Below, in pieces: positions 1 through 11,100 of a stretch of DNA of 64,000 nt. The stretch's first letter is position 1. Each line of letters starts with the position of its first letter. A program made the position numbers and the translations under genes. The notes under the pieces are model-generated. The model was given only the letters and a program-made list of their open reading frames with translations. It was not told the DNA's origin and did no database searches. The DNA comes from Cercozoa sp. M6MM. Its lineage: Eukaryota > Protista > Endomyxa: Ascetosporea. The stretch lies in assembly GCA_040357565.1 (NCBI GenBank), contig JBDODJ010000045.1; one strand, 5' to 3'.

Positions 1-2740
1 AACAGGGCAGATTAGAAGCAACACGGAGCTTCAACGCGACCGTTGCTACTTGGGAGTGCTGCAGGTTTTCGATCACGAGAACGTTTGGGTCAACATCTCA
101 CCTAACGCAGTTGTCCATCAAGATGGTGTACGAAGCGAGAATGTCGCAAAAATCGCGTGGGACTTTGAGGACAAAGCCAATTGGCAGGCAGTATTGCTTG
201 ACGACCCTGCAACAAACGGCTTTAGGTCGGAAGAAGCATTGAAAGCTGACTTCGGTGACAGCGCGAGTAAAGAGAGCACCGGCGAGAAAGAACTTGAAGG
301 TAATCAGCCCGAAGAGGCGACGAAAAGGAGAGTTCAGGCACCTGTTGAGCGTGTGCTTCGCGTACTCGAGGCATGGACTCCTCCACTGAACATCACTGAG
401 CGCCAGTATCGTCACCGTTGTACGCTTGCTTGTGTTTATGTAGAAACTCCAGGGGTAAATCGTTCTTGAATGCCAGACCCGAACGGGGAAAAGACAGTGC
501 AGTTCAAACATGTGAGGGTCGATATGTACTCGCCAATGCATCCAGAACATAAGGGCTTGCGGACGAGGGTAACGGTGATGCGTGAGTGCGAAGTTGAGAC
601 ACCCGATGATGTCAAAATGGTGGACGAAACTTTTGAAGTGCGTGAGCTGTACTCAAACCGCACCGACGGTCTCTTGCAGCGTGTCATCGACCTAGATGTT
701 CTCGTAATTCGTGAACGCTTTTCGGGATCTTCACAGAGCAAAGCTTCCTCTGACTTGTCTCCTTTTACGGAGGAGCTTCTGGACCTGACACCACGTCCAT
801 GTGCACTACGAGTCCGCTACCGCAGCTTTCGATTGAAGATCGGCACTGAAACACGCCCACTTGCACCGAATCGCACACTTTGTACGGCCGAGCGAAGTGC
901 GCTGCATCCAACGATCTGCGCGCGGTGGATTAAAGCTCCCACATGTGTCTCTCTCAAGCTCAAGGGCAGCTTTGAGGCAACGCTGCCGGGTATCGCAGCG
1001 TGGTTTGATGAGAATTGCGACCTCGTTGCGCGTCACAAATGGTACTGGAGAAACCTGCGGTCTGATGCGTTGGTGCGTCGCTCCGAGTTCCCTCGTCTCC
1101 GCGTGGATGAGTTCTTTGAGAATCGAGCAGATCGGTTGCATCACCGGGTTATTTTGGCCCCAGATGTACTTCCCAAGCAACGTCATGACAGCAAGATCAG
1201 ATACAATGCGGAAGAGGAATTGATTCCAGCAAGAACCACGACAAAAGGTCTCACAACGACTCTCGGTTCACCCGAAGAAATTGAAATCTCGCAGGTGCTC
1301 GAGTACTTTCGTGCTCCACGCTGCAAGTTCACCGATACCGGGGCTCTGCGTATTCTCCAGGGCTTGCGAGACAAAGCGTCTGTACGTTAATATTTCTGAG
1401 TTTTTGTTTAGCATCGCGTCTGAACGTTGATCAGTGATACAACGACAGGTTTCTACGGCACCCGTTGAAGCTTCAGACGAACTCGCGTGCAGACAAAACA
1501 TAAATAGCGGCATAGGAGATGCTGAAGGCGTTCGAAAGCTGACGTTTTGCTTCGGAGCGGCAGCTCTGGTGCGCATGGACATGCATCGACCTCGAAACGC
1601 GTTCCGTGCTTCGTGGCGCTGCTTTCACAAAAACGACGAACCTGTGAGAGGGTTCGATGCTACCTCCGGAGTTCACTTTTCTGTAGATCTCGTCGTGACC
1701 CGAACGAAAAAACGAAGCTTTTCGTCGGCCAAGACGCACACCCAAACAAGCAGTCGAGGATGCAACCCTTCTGCGAAGGAACAGGACGTCAACGCTGAAA
1801 ACAATGACGAGTTGAGCGATTCTGGCTTCTCAAGTGAGTTGTCAGAGCACTCTCAAGAACCACACAAACACACGCGCCTGTCGCTCGCTCTCGAACAGCA
1901 GCGTTTGTTTGCCCGAGAAAAGAAGATGACGACCGAAGTGCGACAGCGCGAAAGGCAAACGAACGACGTTCGCGAACACCTTGAGAAGGAACTTGACGAC
2001 GGAAAGCTAACGGAAAGCACCAATATGACTCTCCGCCAGCTTCTTATTGATGGTGAGCGATCTTTGTAAATCCTACGCCGAGGTTAACATGCAGTATCGT
2101 AGGGGTGTCGCGAGAGGATGCACTTGCGGCAGTAAGCAAAAAGAGCAAGATCACACAGATAACAAAAGCCAGCGCCACTCCGGATTACTTGGTAGGACCG
2201 CTCTCCTATCTACAGTGCACGTAGAATCACTGGATTGCTCAGTTCGAGTACTTAATCCGCATGCCGAACCCAAAAGCGCTGACGAAAGAAGAGGCGTACC
2301 ACGTCAAAACGCAGTGCTTGCGCGACCAGCAACAACGTCTGCTTGTGAGAGCAAAGGTAAATTACGTGTAAATACAGCTTCGTTTAGTTTTGATGCACCT
2401 CTGTTTTTAGATCATACAAGAACGATTAACCGAGGAAACGACATTACTGGAGCGTGAACGGGACAAGCTAAGCTACATTCTTCAAAATAAGCCTGCGGGT
2501 ACCATGGTCTCCGTTTTCGTGCGGGAAGTTTAGCGTACATTTTGAGTTGTGACAGATGAACGCCGCCTCGCCGAGGCAGAGTTCCAGGACAAACAAGAGA
2601 AGGCACTTTTCCGCATCGCCATTCTAGAGAGTCGTCTCGCGCGTCATGAGAAAAATGCACTTGCGCGCTACTCGGAGCTGAACGAGCGACTCGCGAACGA
2701 CCCACGGTTGCAAGTACTATACGAAGAGGATGCTGAGTAG
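1..2740 (+). CDS. DRC7: Dynein regulatory complex subunit 7 (CCDC135-like), 5'-truncated by the window edge, spliced
   Basis: VFDHENVWVN, W..PL.I...Y..RYPNGEK (spliced across a GT-AG intron at ~420-476), FFENRADRLHHR, and the C-terminal LFRIAILESRLARHEKNALARY...DPRL pattern of DRC7. Confidence 0.75.
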
Positions 2741-2867
2741 TTAGCTCGTGCGGTGTACAGAAAGCTCCGTGTTGGCTCAGTTGCTGGTTTCCTTTACACA
2801 GACTCACTTCGTCGTGTTCACAGGTAGAATTAAAGTTATTGACGCACCATTCCAACGCAGCGTTGCG

Positions 2868-2987
2868 TTAGTCAGTTAGTTCAGTCTAATTTACTAAGAA
2901 ACTATGTAGTTTCTCCGTACCAGTCCTGGGGTGGAACTCCCCTTTGAAGTTCCCAGTAAATTTGACATCTTCTTCAAGTTGGTACAG
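2868..2987 (+). repeat. Dispersed short element, copy A, ~130 nt after the DRC7 stop
   Basis: Shares blocks AGTTCAGTCTA / GTACCAGTCCT / CCCCTTTGAAGTTCCC / TTCTTCAAGTTGGT with the reverse complements of 3314-3483 and 42138-42279. Confidence 0.75.
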
Positions 2988-3313
2988 ATGGCGGGCTGGG
3001 AGTAGGGGAAGTCACCTGGCGTCGGCATCTCATCGCCTCGCTGTCGTCCTTCGAGTCGTCTTGTCGCCTGTCACTCCCACCACCTAATTAAACACGCACA
3101 GGCAATCATTAGAATTTTGTGCCACCGCCGCTTTAAGTGGTGGCCTAAGCTATATCCTTACTGACTTTCTCTTCCACACCGCTCGTAATACTAAAATTTA
3201 TGCAGGTGCTCCAGATTGTGCGCCACTCAGTTGGCTTGGCTCGTGCATTCATTTAGTTCGTTAGACGCGACCGGACGGCTGTCATCGCATTGAGCCACAC
3301 GACAGTTCGGTTG

Positions 3314-3483
3314 CACCACCAACCATGAAGTCGACTTGGTGTCTTGGGGAACGTCAAAGGGGAGTTGTATGGTCCTACCCTAGGGCGGTAGACACGGCCA
3401 TGCTCTTGTGACCCACCCCAGACTGGCGCAGGGAACTAAAATTAACATAGTTGGTTTCCTAGACGACTCAACTAGCTAACTAA
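3314..3483 (-). mobile_element. Dispersed short element, copy B, flanked by a 13-bp direct repeat (putative TSD)
   Basis: Reverse complement aligns to copy A with a ~47-nt insertion; GACAGTTCGGTTG at 3301-3313 and 3484-3496. Confidence 0.6.
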
Positions 3484-3648
3484 GACAGTTCGGTTGAGTG
3501 CACTACTAGAGGGGCCGCGTACGCTCCGCGCGGCGCACGCATGCCACAGAACAAGCGAAGAACTCCCGTCCCGCTGACGCGACGGACATGAGATGAGATT
3601 ATACAATAGACTTAAACGAAAAAAAAAAAGACGGGAGCGCACGGCTGA

Positions 3649-4292
3649 TCACTTGCAGTTGCGCGAACGACCTTCGAATCTCTGCCCGCAGTGAAAAAGT
3701 GACAAACGCAAGAATAGCACGGAAACAGGAAGGCACCATCTGCTCGGCCTTGACGACGAGCATGGGCGCCCAGTCGCCAACAACGGCGTTCCAGCAGTTG
3801 TCCCACGCGAACTCGCTGTCCTCGATAGCGTCGCGATCGCTGCGAGCCGTCCACGCCATCAATTGGCGGCCAAACTCATTGCGCTGCCGGATAGCCCACT
3901 CACGACCCTTCTTCTTCGTCGGCTCCTTCCTGTAACAGAAGCGTTTCTTCCAGTGGAGTTTCTTTTAGTGGAGGAGGAGAATAACGACGCAAGAACGTAC
4001 TTGAGGTTCAGCACTTGCCCCTCCCAGTTGTCCCGCTGCAGCAAGTCGTCGTCGACACTACCACTGTGTGCACAAACAATATAGTGTAAATACAAAAGGG
4101 AGAGAGGGCGTACTTGATGTAGCCAACGACAGGAACCGAACCGAAGACCTTGCGCACGTAGTTCGCGCCCTGCTCGGTCCACGGAGAAATCACGAGGCGT
4201 GACAGCACATCGCGAGGGATGTTCATTTTCTGCTTGGGTACAAGGTCATAATGGGGAAGCAGGAACAGAGAGGGTCACAGAGGGAGGTAGGG

Positions 4293-4352
<60 letters not shown>

Positions 4353-4452
4353 NNNNNNNNNNNNNNNNNNNNNNNNNNNNNNNNNNNNNNNNNNNNNNNN
4401 NNNNNNNNNNNNNNNNNNNNNNNNNNNNNNNNNNNNNNNNNNNNNNNNNNNN

Positions 4453-4501
<49 letters not shown>

Positions 4502-5439
4502 CCGCCATAGCGCCAATAATTCGTTCGGGATCGTACTTGATGTCGACCATCAGATAGCGCGATTTCCAGTCAGGAAAGGTCTGCAGAGGAATAAGACTGT
4601 ACCGCCAGAGAGCAAAGATTACAAGAAGACAAAAAGGGTACAGTAAAGGCCTCCAACATTCGTTTCAAAGACGGCACTCGGTAGGACTGCAGCTCCCATA
4701 GTGTGCATCACATTCCAGTACATCACAAGAGAAAAGAAGAGCCAAGTACCGAGTACAGCGGCGACTTCCAAGAGCCAGCATCCATGCGCTCCAGCTGCGC
4801 CAGCGTGTAGTCACTCACCGGTCCTGTGAAAGGAATCGATAAGGGTCAGTCAGAGAGTGCGAAGGGAGCACAGCACCCTTGTTCGGAGTGGTGCGATCAA
4901 CTGAGGTGTCGTGCATCACGATCACTTGCTACTCAGGAAGGAAGGGAGACAATTCAAGGGGACGAGAAAATGAAGAATTGAACGTACCTCGTCCTTGGTG
5001 ATTTGCACGTCAAACTCGCTCATAAACACGCCCTGTTCGAGGGAGGCTGCTCGAGTCAATTCATCTCATAGGTCGAATAAGTATCCCCTCACTAACCCAG
5101 TGGAACACGTACCAATCATGCTTTCGACCGTGTTTTCCGGATAACGCGCCGGCCAACCGCGGTGACCCACGACATAGCTACACGAAGCCACACTCCCCAT
5201 GCCCGCGAAGTACCTCCCAAGATATTATACAAGTCGGGGAAGTCACGTCGCTCGCCATTTCCGCGGATTAAGCGCCGCAATCCCCGAGCGTCGTGCGGAA
5301 GCGCAACCACACCTACCAAATCAACCAAGCTCAAGGCAAAAATAATGACGGACACATGCAACTGTCACCACTCACCGATCACCACCGAGCCAATAATACC
5401 GAGCACGGCAATAATACTTGTCAGCGCTGGAAGCAGCAT
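3649..5439 (-). CDS. Glycerophosphodiester phosphodiesterase (GDPD) with an N-terminal signal/anchor, multi-exon
   Basis: Spliced motifs VGHRGWPARYPENT, EFDVQITKDEQVIVMHDTSVDRTT, YTLAQLERMDAGSW, RVPSL, LMVDIK; hydrophobic N-terminus MLLPALTSIIAVLGIIGSVVI. Confidence 0.88.
4294..4498. repeat. (GA)n microsatellite in a GDPD intron, spanning a 100-N assembly gap
   Basis: Directly visible. Confidence 0.95.
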
Positions 5440-5727
5440 GACAGTGCCTCTGCTACTATACAACAGGAACTAATATTAAGACGCCGTGCCTGCAACAGGC
5501 GTAAAATCATTTTAAAGTGTATTGATTTAAATTTTTAAGGGGGGTCTGCTTGCACACGCCCAAACGTTTTCGGTAGACTTAACGCTGGGCTTAGCGTGAG
5601 ACAAGGTTAGCGTGCTTAACTCGAGGCGCAGTGGGTATCAGCCTGATCGTGTTTTTCTTTGAGTTTTCGAGAGGCATCATCAGGAAGTTGAGTTTTTGAG
5701 GTACTTGTACAGTACCTGTAGATTTAG

Positions 5728-7694
5728 ATGTCGAACGAAAGTGGATTCGAGTCGCTCGAAGAGCTGCGAACGATGCACGCCGACAAGCTGACAGAGCTAC
5801 GCGACGTCGTGCGTCGTGCTTTCAACGGTTCGCCCTTTGCCTTTTGCTCGGTAATCGTTTTATTCTCTGTTATTTCGTGCAGAAGAAGAGAGCGAGAAAC
5901 AAGCGAGCCGCGAAGGCGGAGATGACGTCGAACACTACCTCAACGACGACGTCCAGCTCGTTAGTTTTCTTTTGTTCTGCGTTGACAGTTGTACGTTTTT
6001 CGTGCAGTTGCGTTTCCTGACGGGGCATGACGCGGATGTTGAAAAAGCTGCCAAGTGCGTGATTGAAACTTTAAACTGGCGTATCGAGGTAGCCCGAACT
6101 CTCTATGTTTTTTATTTAAGCAAAGCGTTGTATTTGCACGCAGAACGATGTCAGACAAGTCGAGCAACTTGACATGCGTGAGCAACGTGACTTCCCGTTC
6201 CACGACCTCGTGTCGAGCTACCTTCCGGCCTCTCTCGACGCGGGTAGCGACTTTCTCGCTTTAGTATGTGTCTAGCGGTGCTTTCGTGATGTTGCCTTTC
6301 TCAGGACGAGCGCGCAATGGCGCGCCTTTTTCGATTGAGCTGACGGGCCAGTGCGACCTAGTTGGCATGCTGCAGGATGTGCCAATTGAGCACTTCATGC
6401 AATATCACATCTACCATGTGAGTTGTCTCATCTTGTTGTCTCACATCAGACCCTGCTTTTACCATATTGAATGTGTGTGTGCAGATGGCATTTAAGGGCA
6501 CGCTCGTCCAGGAGTTGTCGCGCGAGACGGGCCGTATGGTCAAACTCGTCAAGATCATGGACCTGTCAGGGTACTACTGCATGAGTACATCGCTGTGTTG
6601 CTGTGTTGTGCGCGTTTGGTATACCCGCTGTTTTAGCTGGTCGATGAAGCATGTCAGCAAAGCTGCGGTAGCCTCAGTGTTTTGTGTTCTGTAGTGTGTT
6701 CTCTCTTTCTCTTTGTTTAATCGATTGGATTCTTGCTGTGGCAGATTGATTATCTGAGGCACGTGCTGCACACGACGCAAACCGCCTACCCCGAGATGCT
6801 TCACAAGTAAAGTCTTTTTCTTATCTTTTTGTGTTTTCTTGACTGAGTTACAATCCCGTCGTGTGCGCAGATGTATTATTATCAATGCGCCAATGTTCTT
6901 CAACGTCGTGGTATCTCGCGTTTGTGTCCACACAAGCTAGTGTTTCAACAACGATGCTGTGGACAGTGGAAGCTGGTGGCGCCAATGCTGAACTCGCGTA
7001 CGCAGTCGCGTATCACGGTGTGCGGCAGCAACTACCAGGAGGCACTGCATGCGCTTGTCGACCCGGCGCAGCTTCCGGAGTACCTGGGCGGTACAGCGGC
7101 CGACCCGGTCCCGCGAATCGACCCGGAGGCGCACCTTACCGAGGTATGTTTGTGCCGTAAGAGTATCGTTGTGAAGCTGCTGTGACTCGTACAAAGCATG
7201 TGTTGCACCGCCACTTAGGTTGACGTTCGACGTGGCGACAGCTTCGAAACTTCCGTGGTTGTTGCTGCGGGCGACGAGGTGCAGTGGCACTTCAAGACGC
7301 GCTCCAAGGACATTGGTTTCTCTGCCCGATTCGTGCCAGCTGCGTGCGGTATGTGCTCTCTGTGTGGTGTGTCGTTTCTTCTTGCTGTCACACATGTGCT
7401 TTAATTGCCACAGACGAGGTCGTCATCGAGGAGTTGTCACGGCACAACTCGCACGAACGCAGTGTGCGCGGCAGTTGGTACACCTTGTTCACTTGGCCTC
7501 CTCCAAAAGCTTTACACAAGCACGTTGTTTGAAGGACGGCGACTGAGGCCGGCGAGGTGCGACTGCACTTCGACAACACATACTCGAGGTAATTTGCTTT
7601 CTTTCTGCCTGCGTGGCGCTTTCTTGTACTACCTTGTTCGCGCAGGTGGACGAGCAAGACGCTGCTATACTCGCTCAAGGTGGCCGATTTGTAG
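5728..7694 (+). CDS. SEC14-like CRAL-TRIO lipid-transfer protein with a C-terminal GOLD domain, multi-exon
   Basis: LRFL..HDADVEKA..LNWR, KIMDLSG, QTAYPEMLHK, IIINAPMFF..WKLVAPML, QLPEYLGGT, then GOLD-like WHFKTRSKDIGFS and LHFDNTYS. Confidence 0.9.
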
Positions 7695-8111
7695 CTCTTG
7701 TGCCTCCCGTCATCTCGCGGCACTCGAATTCGCCTTCCCATGATGTCAGTTCCGGAGGTCGGTCCAGAGTTCAACCAACGCGCAGCGCCGTGGCGGCAAT
7801 GAACGCAAATCTGGCCTTCCTAGCTAGTCCGAGCGAGTCTTTGTTTTTAATTTAGCCAAATGTGCATAAACGAGGCACGAGGCACGAGGCACTATACCGG
7901 TCGATCGGTCAACTCCCATTCTGGTGACCACACAATATTTTGTTTATGCTGCGCCACGATCAGCACGAAATGGAGCCGCTCCAGACATTTGGCGCTGTTT
8001 CTGTAGATTCTGAAGCACTGTAGTTTGTAATCGTGTGTATAAAGGGACTAAACGGAAGTCTGGGCTTCTTGCGTTTTTTCTCTCGTTGGGCGATCGCTCC
8101 CGGGCCCCACC

Positions 8112-11100
8112 ATGATCCGTTTCGTCTCTCTGTTCCTATTCGCGTTGGTGCGCGGCAAGCCAGTCACGGAAGTTGTTTCAGTGTCACAGCCTCTCCTTCT
8201 CCAGTTAAGTGAGTTTCGCATCGTTTGCTCTGGTAAATTACCCGTGTCGTTGTGTACAGCGGAAAGCAGCGGGGTGTCACTGCCGCAGTTTTTGACGGGC
8301 GTTGACACTGAAGGACTGCTGCAGTCACCGCCATCGCGGAGTAACGCGCTCACTCCTGTCTTCAACTCCGAGGTACTTTAATTTGGACCTCCTGCAAAAC
8401 ACGAAGACAGCGCGTTCTTCGAAGGACCCTGGTGACTGCCCACCGTGTCCCTGCCGCGACAACCCTATCGAGCACTGCGAACACACGAATATCACGTGTC
8501 AGAATGGTACCTAGTTTTTCTTGGGTGCATTATTCTTGCTCAACCGAATGCTGTCCCTCAGAGGGCTTCATTGACGGTGCCGCATTCGAGTCCTGCAGCG
8601 AGACACTGAGCACGTGTCCCTCCAGTCGCTTGGCCATCACCAAGAAACACTGGTACCTGCGTGAGCAATCGCAGTGCATTTGTGACTCGCGGTAAAGTTT
8701 GCTTGTTTCCAGTGTTCTAGACTCCACCATGTGTAACTTAAAATTGACATTTTGAGATGTTGCTCAGGTTCAAGGGTGTCGACTGCTCGCTCGTGCAGAA
8801 CCCGACGGTTTGCACTGAGCAAGAACTGATTTATGACGGTAAGTTAGATTTGCCTCAACTCGGTTGATTGACATCTTTACGGCGATTTTATGGCGTGTGT
8901 CAGGCGGCTTCATAAACGCGAACTTAGACGTCCAGAAGATTCAGTGTCAAGCGGTTTTCCAGAGGTCATTCGCCACCCTTGTTCAGGTCTACGATCATTG
9001 GTACTTTCTACCGAATTACCTCCCGTCCTAGCAGTTGTACCTGAAACCCCGTCTGCTTGAGTTCAGGATCGAAATCTCCACGAGCGTGCGTCCTGGCGGC
9101 GAGGGTGTCTTCAATGTGACGATGCGTGGCCGTCTGCACCGCGGCAAAGGCACCTGCGGGCGCATGGTAACGCATTCCGAATAAATATATATATATATAT
9201 CTTTCTTTCTTTTCCCCTCTTTCTTTCTTCTCTTTCTCTCCATCTCTCTCTCTCTCTCTCCCTCTTTCTTTCTGCTGTCTCTTTTTCTTTCTTCTCTCTC
9301 TGTTGTTGTTGTTGTTGTTTCTCTCCCTCTCTGTTGTTGTTGTTTCTCTCCCTCTCTGTTGTTGTTGTTTTTCATGTTACGTTTTTGCAGAAAGATGTGC
9401 TGAAGTGTCACTCTACGCAATGCGACATGTGGAGCGACGATCAAAATCGAGTGTTCATGGAGGTATTACCGTCTGCGCATCTCTGGTTGATACAGTAAAT
9501 TTATCTGAGTGTTAACGTCCCCTTCTCAGTGCGAACGAAATGACTGTATGACGTGCGAAGATTATGATGAAGGTTGCAGTCGGTACTGGCAGTCATTATG
9601 GTTTGAAAGGACCTGTACTGAGGGTGGAGTGAAACAGCGATCTGCAAGAAAAGCTTGCGAAGTTGAAGGATCAAGATGGACGTTTTCTCAAGCTGCGCAT
9701 TGTGTGTCACTGCCTTCAGTTTGTTGTTTGTGTTTGCAATTGTCTTTCGTGACAGGACTCTGGTCTGGAGAATGGCGAAAGCAGCGTGAGTTGCCTTTAA
9801 ACATAGTTTTGCTATTGCTTTCAGTTGTAATCCCCGTCTTTGTGTAGGGTCTGCTGACACTCAACATTCCCGGTTTCATCGGGGTTGGTGTGCGTATTCA
9901 GTGCAGTATGTCTCCTTATGATAGACACGCACCTTTCTTATACTCCCTGTGATCCTTGGTATCTCAATGCGCAGTCTCAGGCGGCTGCGTGGACGAGGTC
10001 CCCGAGCGACTGTACCGCCCTCTGGATGTGAGTCTTGAGGTGGCCCACGTGCCTCTTGCAGTGGCCACAGGCACCGTTTCCTTCCTACTGATTGCTCTGA
10101 CGATAGGCATGACGGTAGCTCCTATGATTTTTCCGTTGTCCGTTCATTTGGTTCTGGTTGTTCGGACAGGTCTATGTGAACCGCCAGCCGCACGAGCAGC
10201 GCAAAAAAACTGACGGTGCCCTGCTGACCAATGAGTCAAGGGGTAGTCACGTGGACGAACACAAATGTGACTATACAGGTGACCACACAGGTGATCACGT
10301 GAGCGATCAGAGCAGTGACGATGCTGAATTCACGTGCGACAGCGGCGGGCACTCGCTCGCATTTGAGAGTGTCAGTTTTGCCATCGACGACGACACCGTT
10401 AGTTCTGACGGTTCCACTGACCACAGGAGTGATCATTTGGGTGACCATGTGGGTGATCGTTCCGTCGATCACGTGGGTGATCAATGCGGGAAACGCTACG
10501 TGCTGCGCGGCGTCAGTGGTGTCATTCGTGCCGGCAGTGTCACCGCACTCATGTGAGTCGCTGCAATGACACCTCAGTGACCACTTGAGAGATTGATCAT
10601 GTGACCACCGTGTGACTGTGTGATCATGTGACCATCGTGTACTGAGCAAGCACGTGCGCAGGGGACCCAGTGGCGCCGGCAAGTCCTCGCTGTTCGACGC
10701 GCTGTTCGGCACAGAGCGCGACGGTTACCGACACGGTCGTTTGGCCCTGCACAGCGGCGATCAGCCACCGTCGGTGCCATCATCACGGCCTTCGTCAGTG
10801 ACACCGTCGGTGCAGAGTGATGGCGCACGTGGTGACGACGGTTCCCTGCAGAGTCCGCTGCTGGCACGTGATCAGAACTCGAGCGACTCAGGCAGCAGTG
10901 CACGCATCGGTCTGGTGCACCAGCGACTGCAGTTTGTCGAATCCGAGACGACATTCGAGGTGCTACAGCACGCGCTGGAGATGCACCTCATCCGCGCGGA
11001 TAACAGAGGTCATTTCAAGGACGCATCTTGGAGGAGAAACCGTGTGCTCTCGGTGCTGCGTCAGTTGCGATTGGTACGTTTGCCTCTTCCCGTTTGCGCT

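Noticed and set aside
440-480. TGA between ORFs 50..469 and 470..1390 suggesting stop readthrough or an alternative genetic code
   Set aside because: A GT-AG intron (~420-476) removes it and restores RYPNGEK; the conserved genes I traced (TrxR, SEC14, GDPD, core of Lon) translate with the standard code
3009-3145. U1-like snRNA (GTCACCTGGC ... AATTTTGTG plus terminal hairpin GCCACC/GGTGGC)
   Set aside because: Lacks the U1 loop I/II sequences and the ACUUACCUG 5' end; the Sm-like site plus hairpin alone is insufficient
2868-3483. A single MITE with long terminal inverted repeats
   Set aside because: The arms are too divergent and the right arm has its own flanking direct repeat, so independent insertions fit better
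4199-4646. ORFs with RE/SL/CV/HT dipeptide runs (also at 21.9, 32.8, 41, 50 and 63.8 kb)
   Set aside because: Translations of intronic microsatellites and N gaps
7870-7892. (ACGAGGC)x3 and other short upstream doublets (46497, 60993) as promoter elements
   Set aside because: Each motif is different and occurs at only one locus; slippage is the simpler explanation
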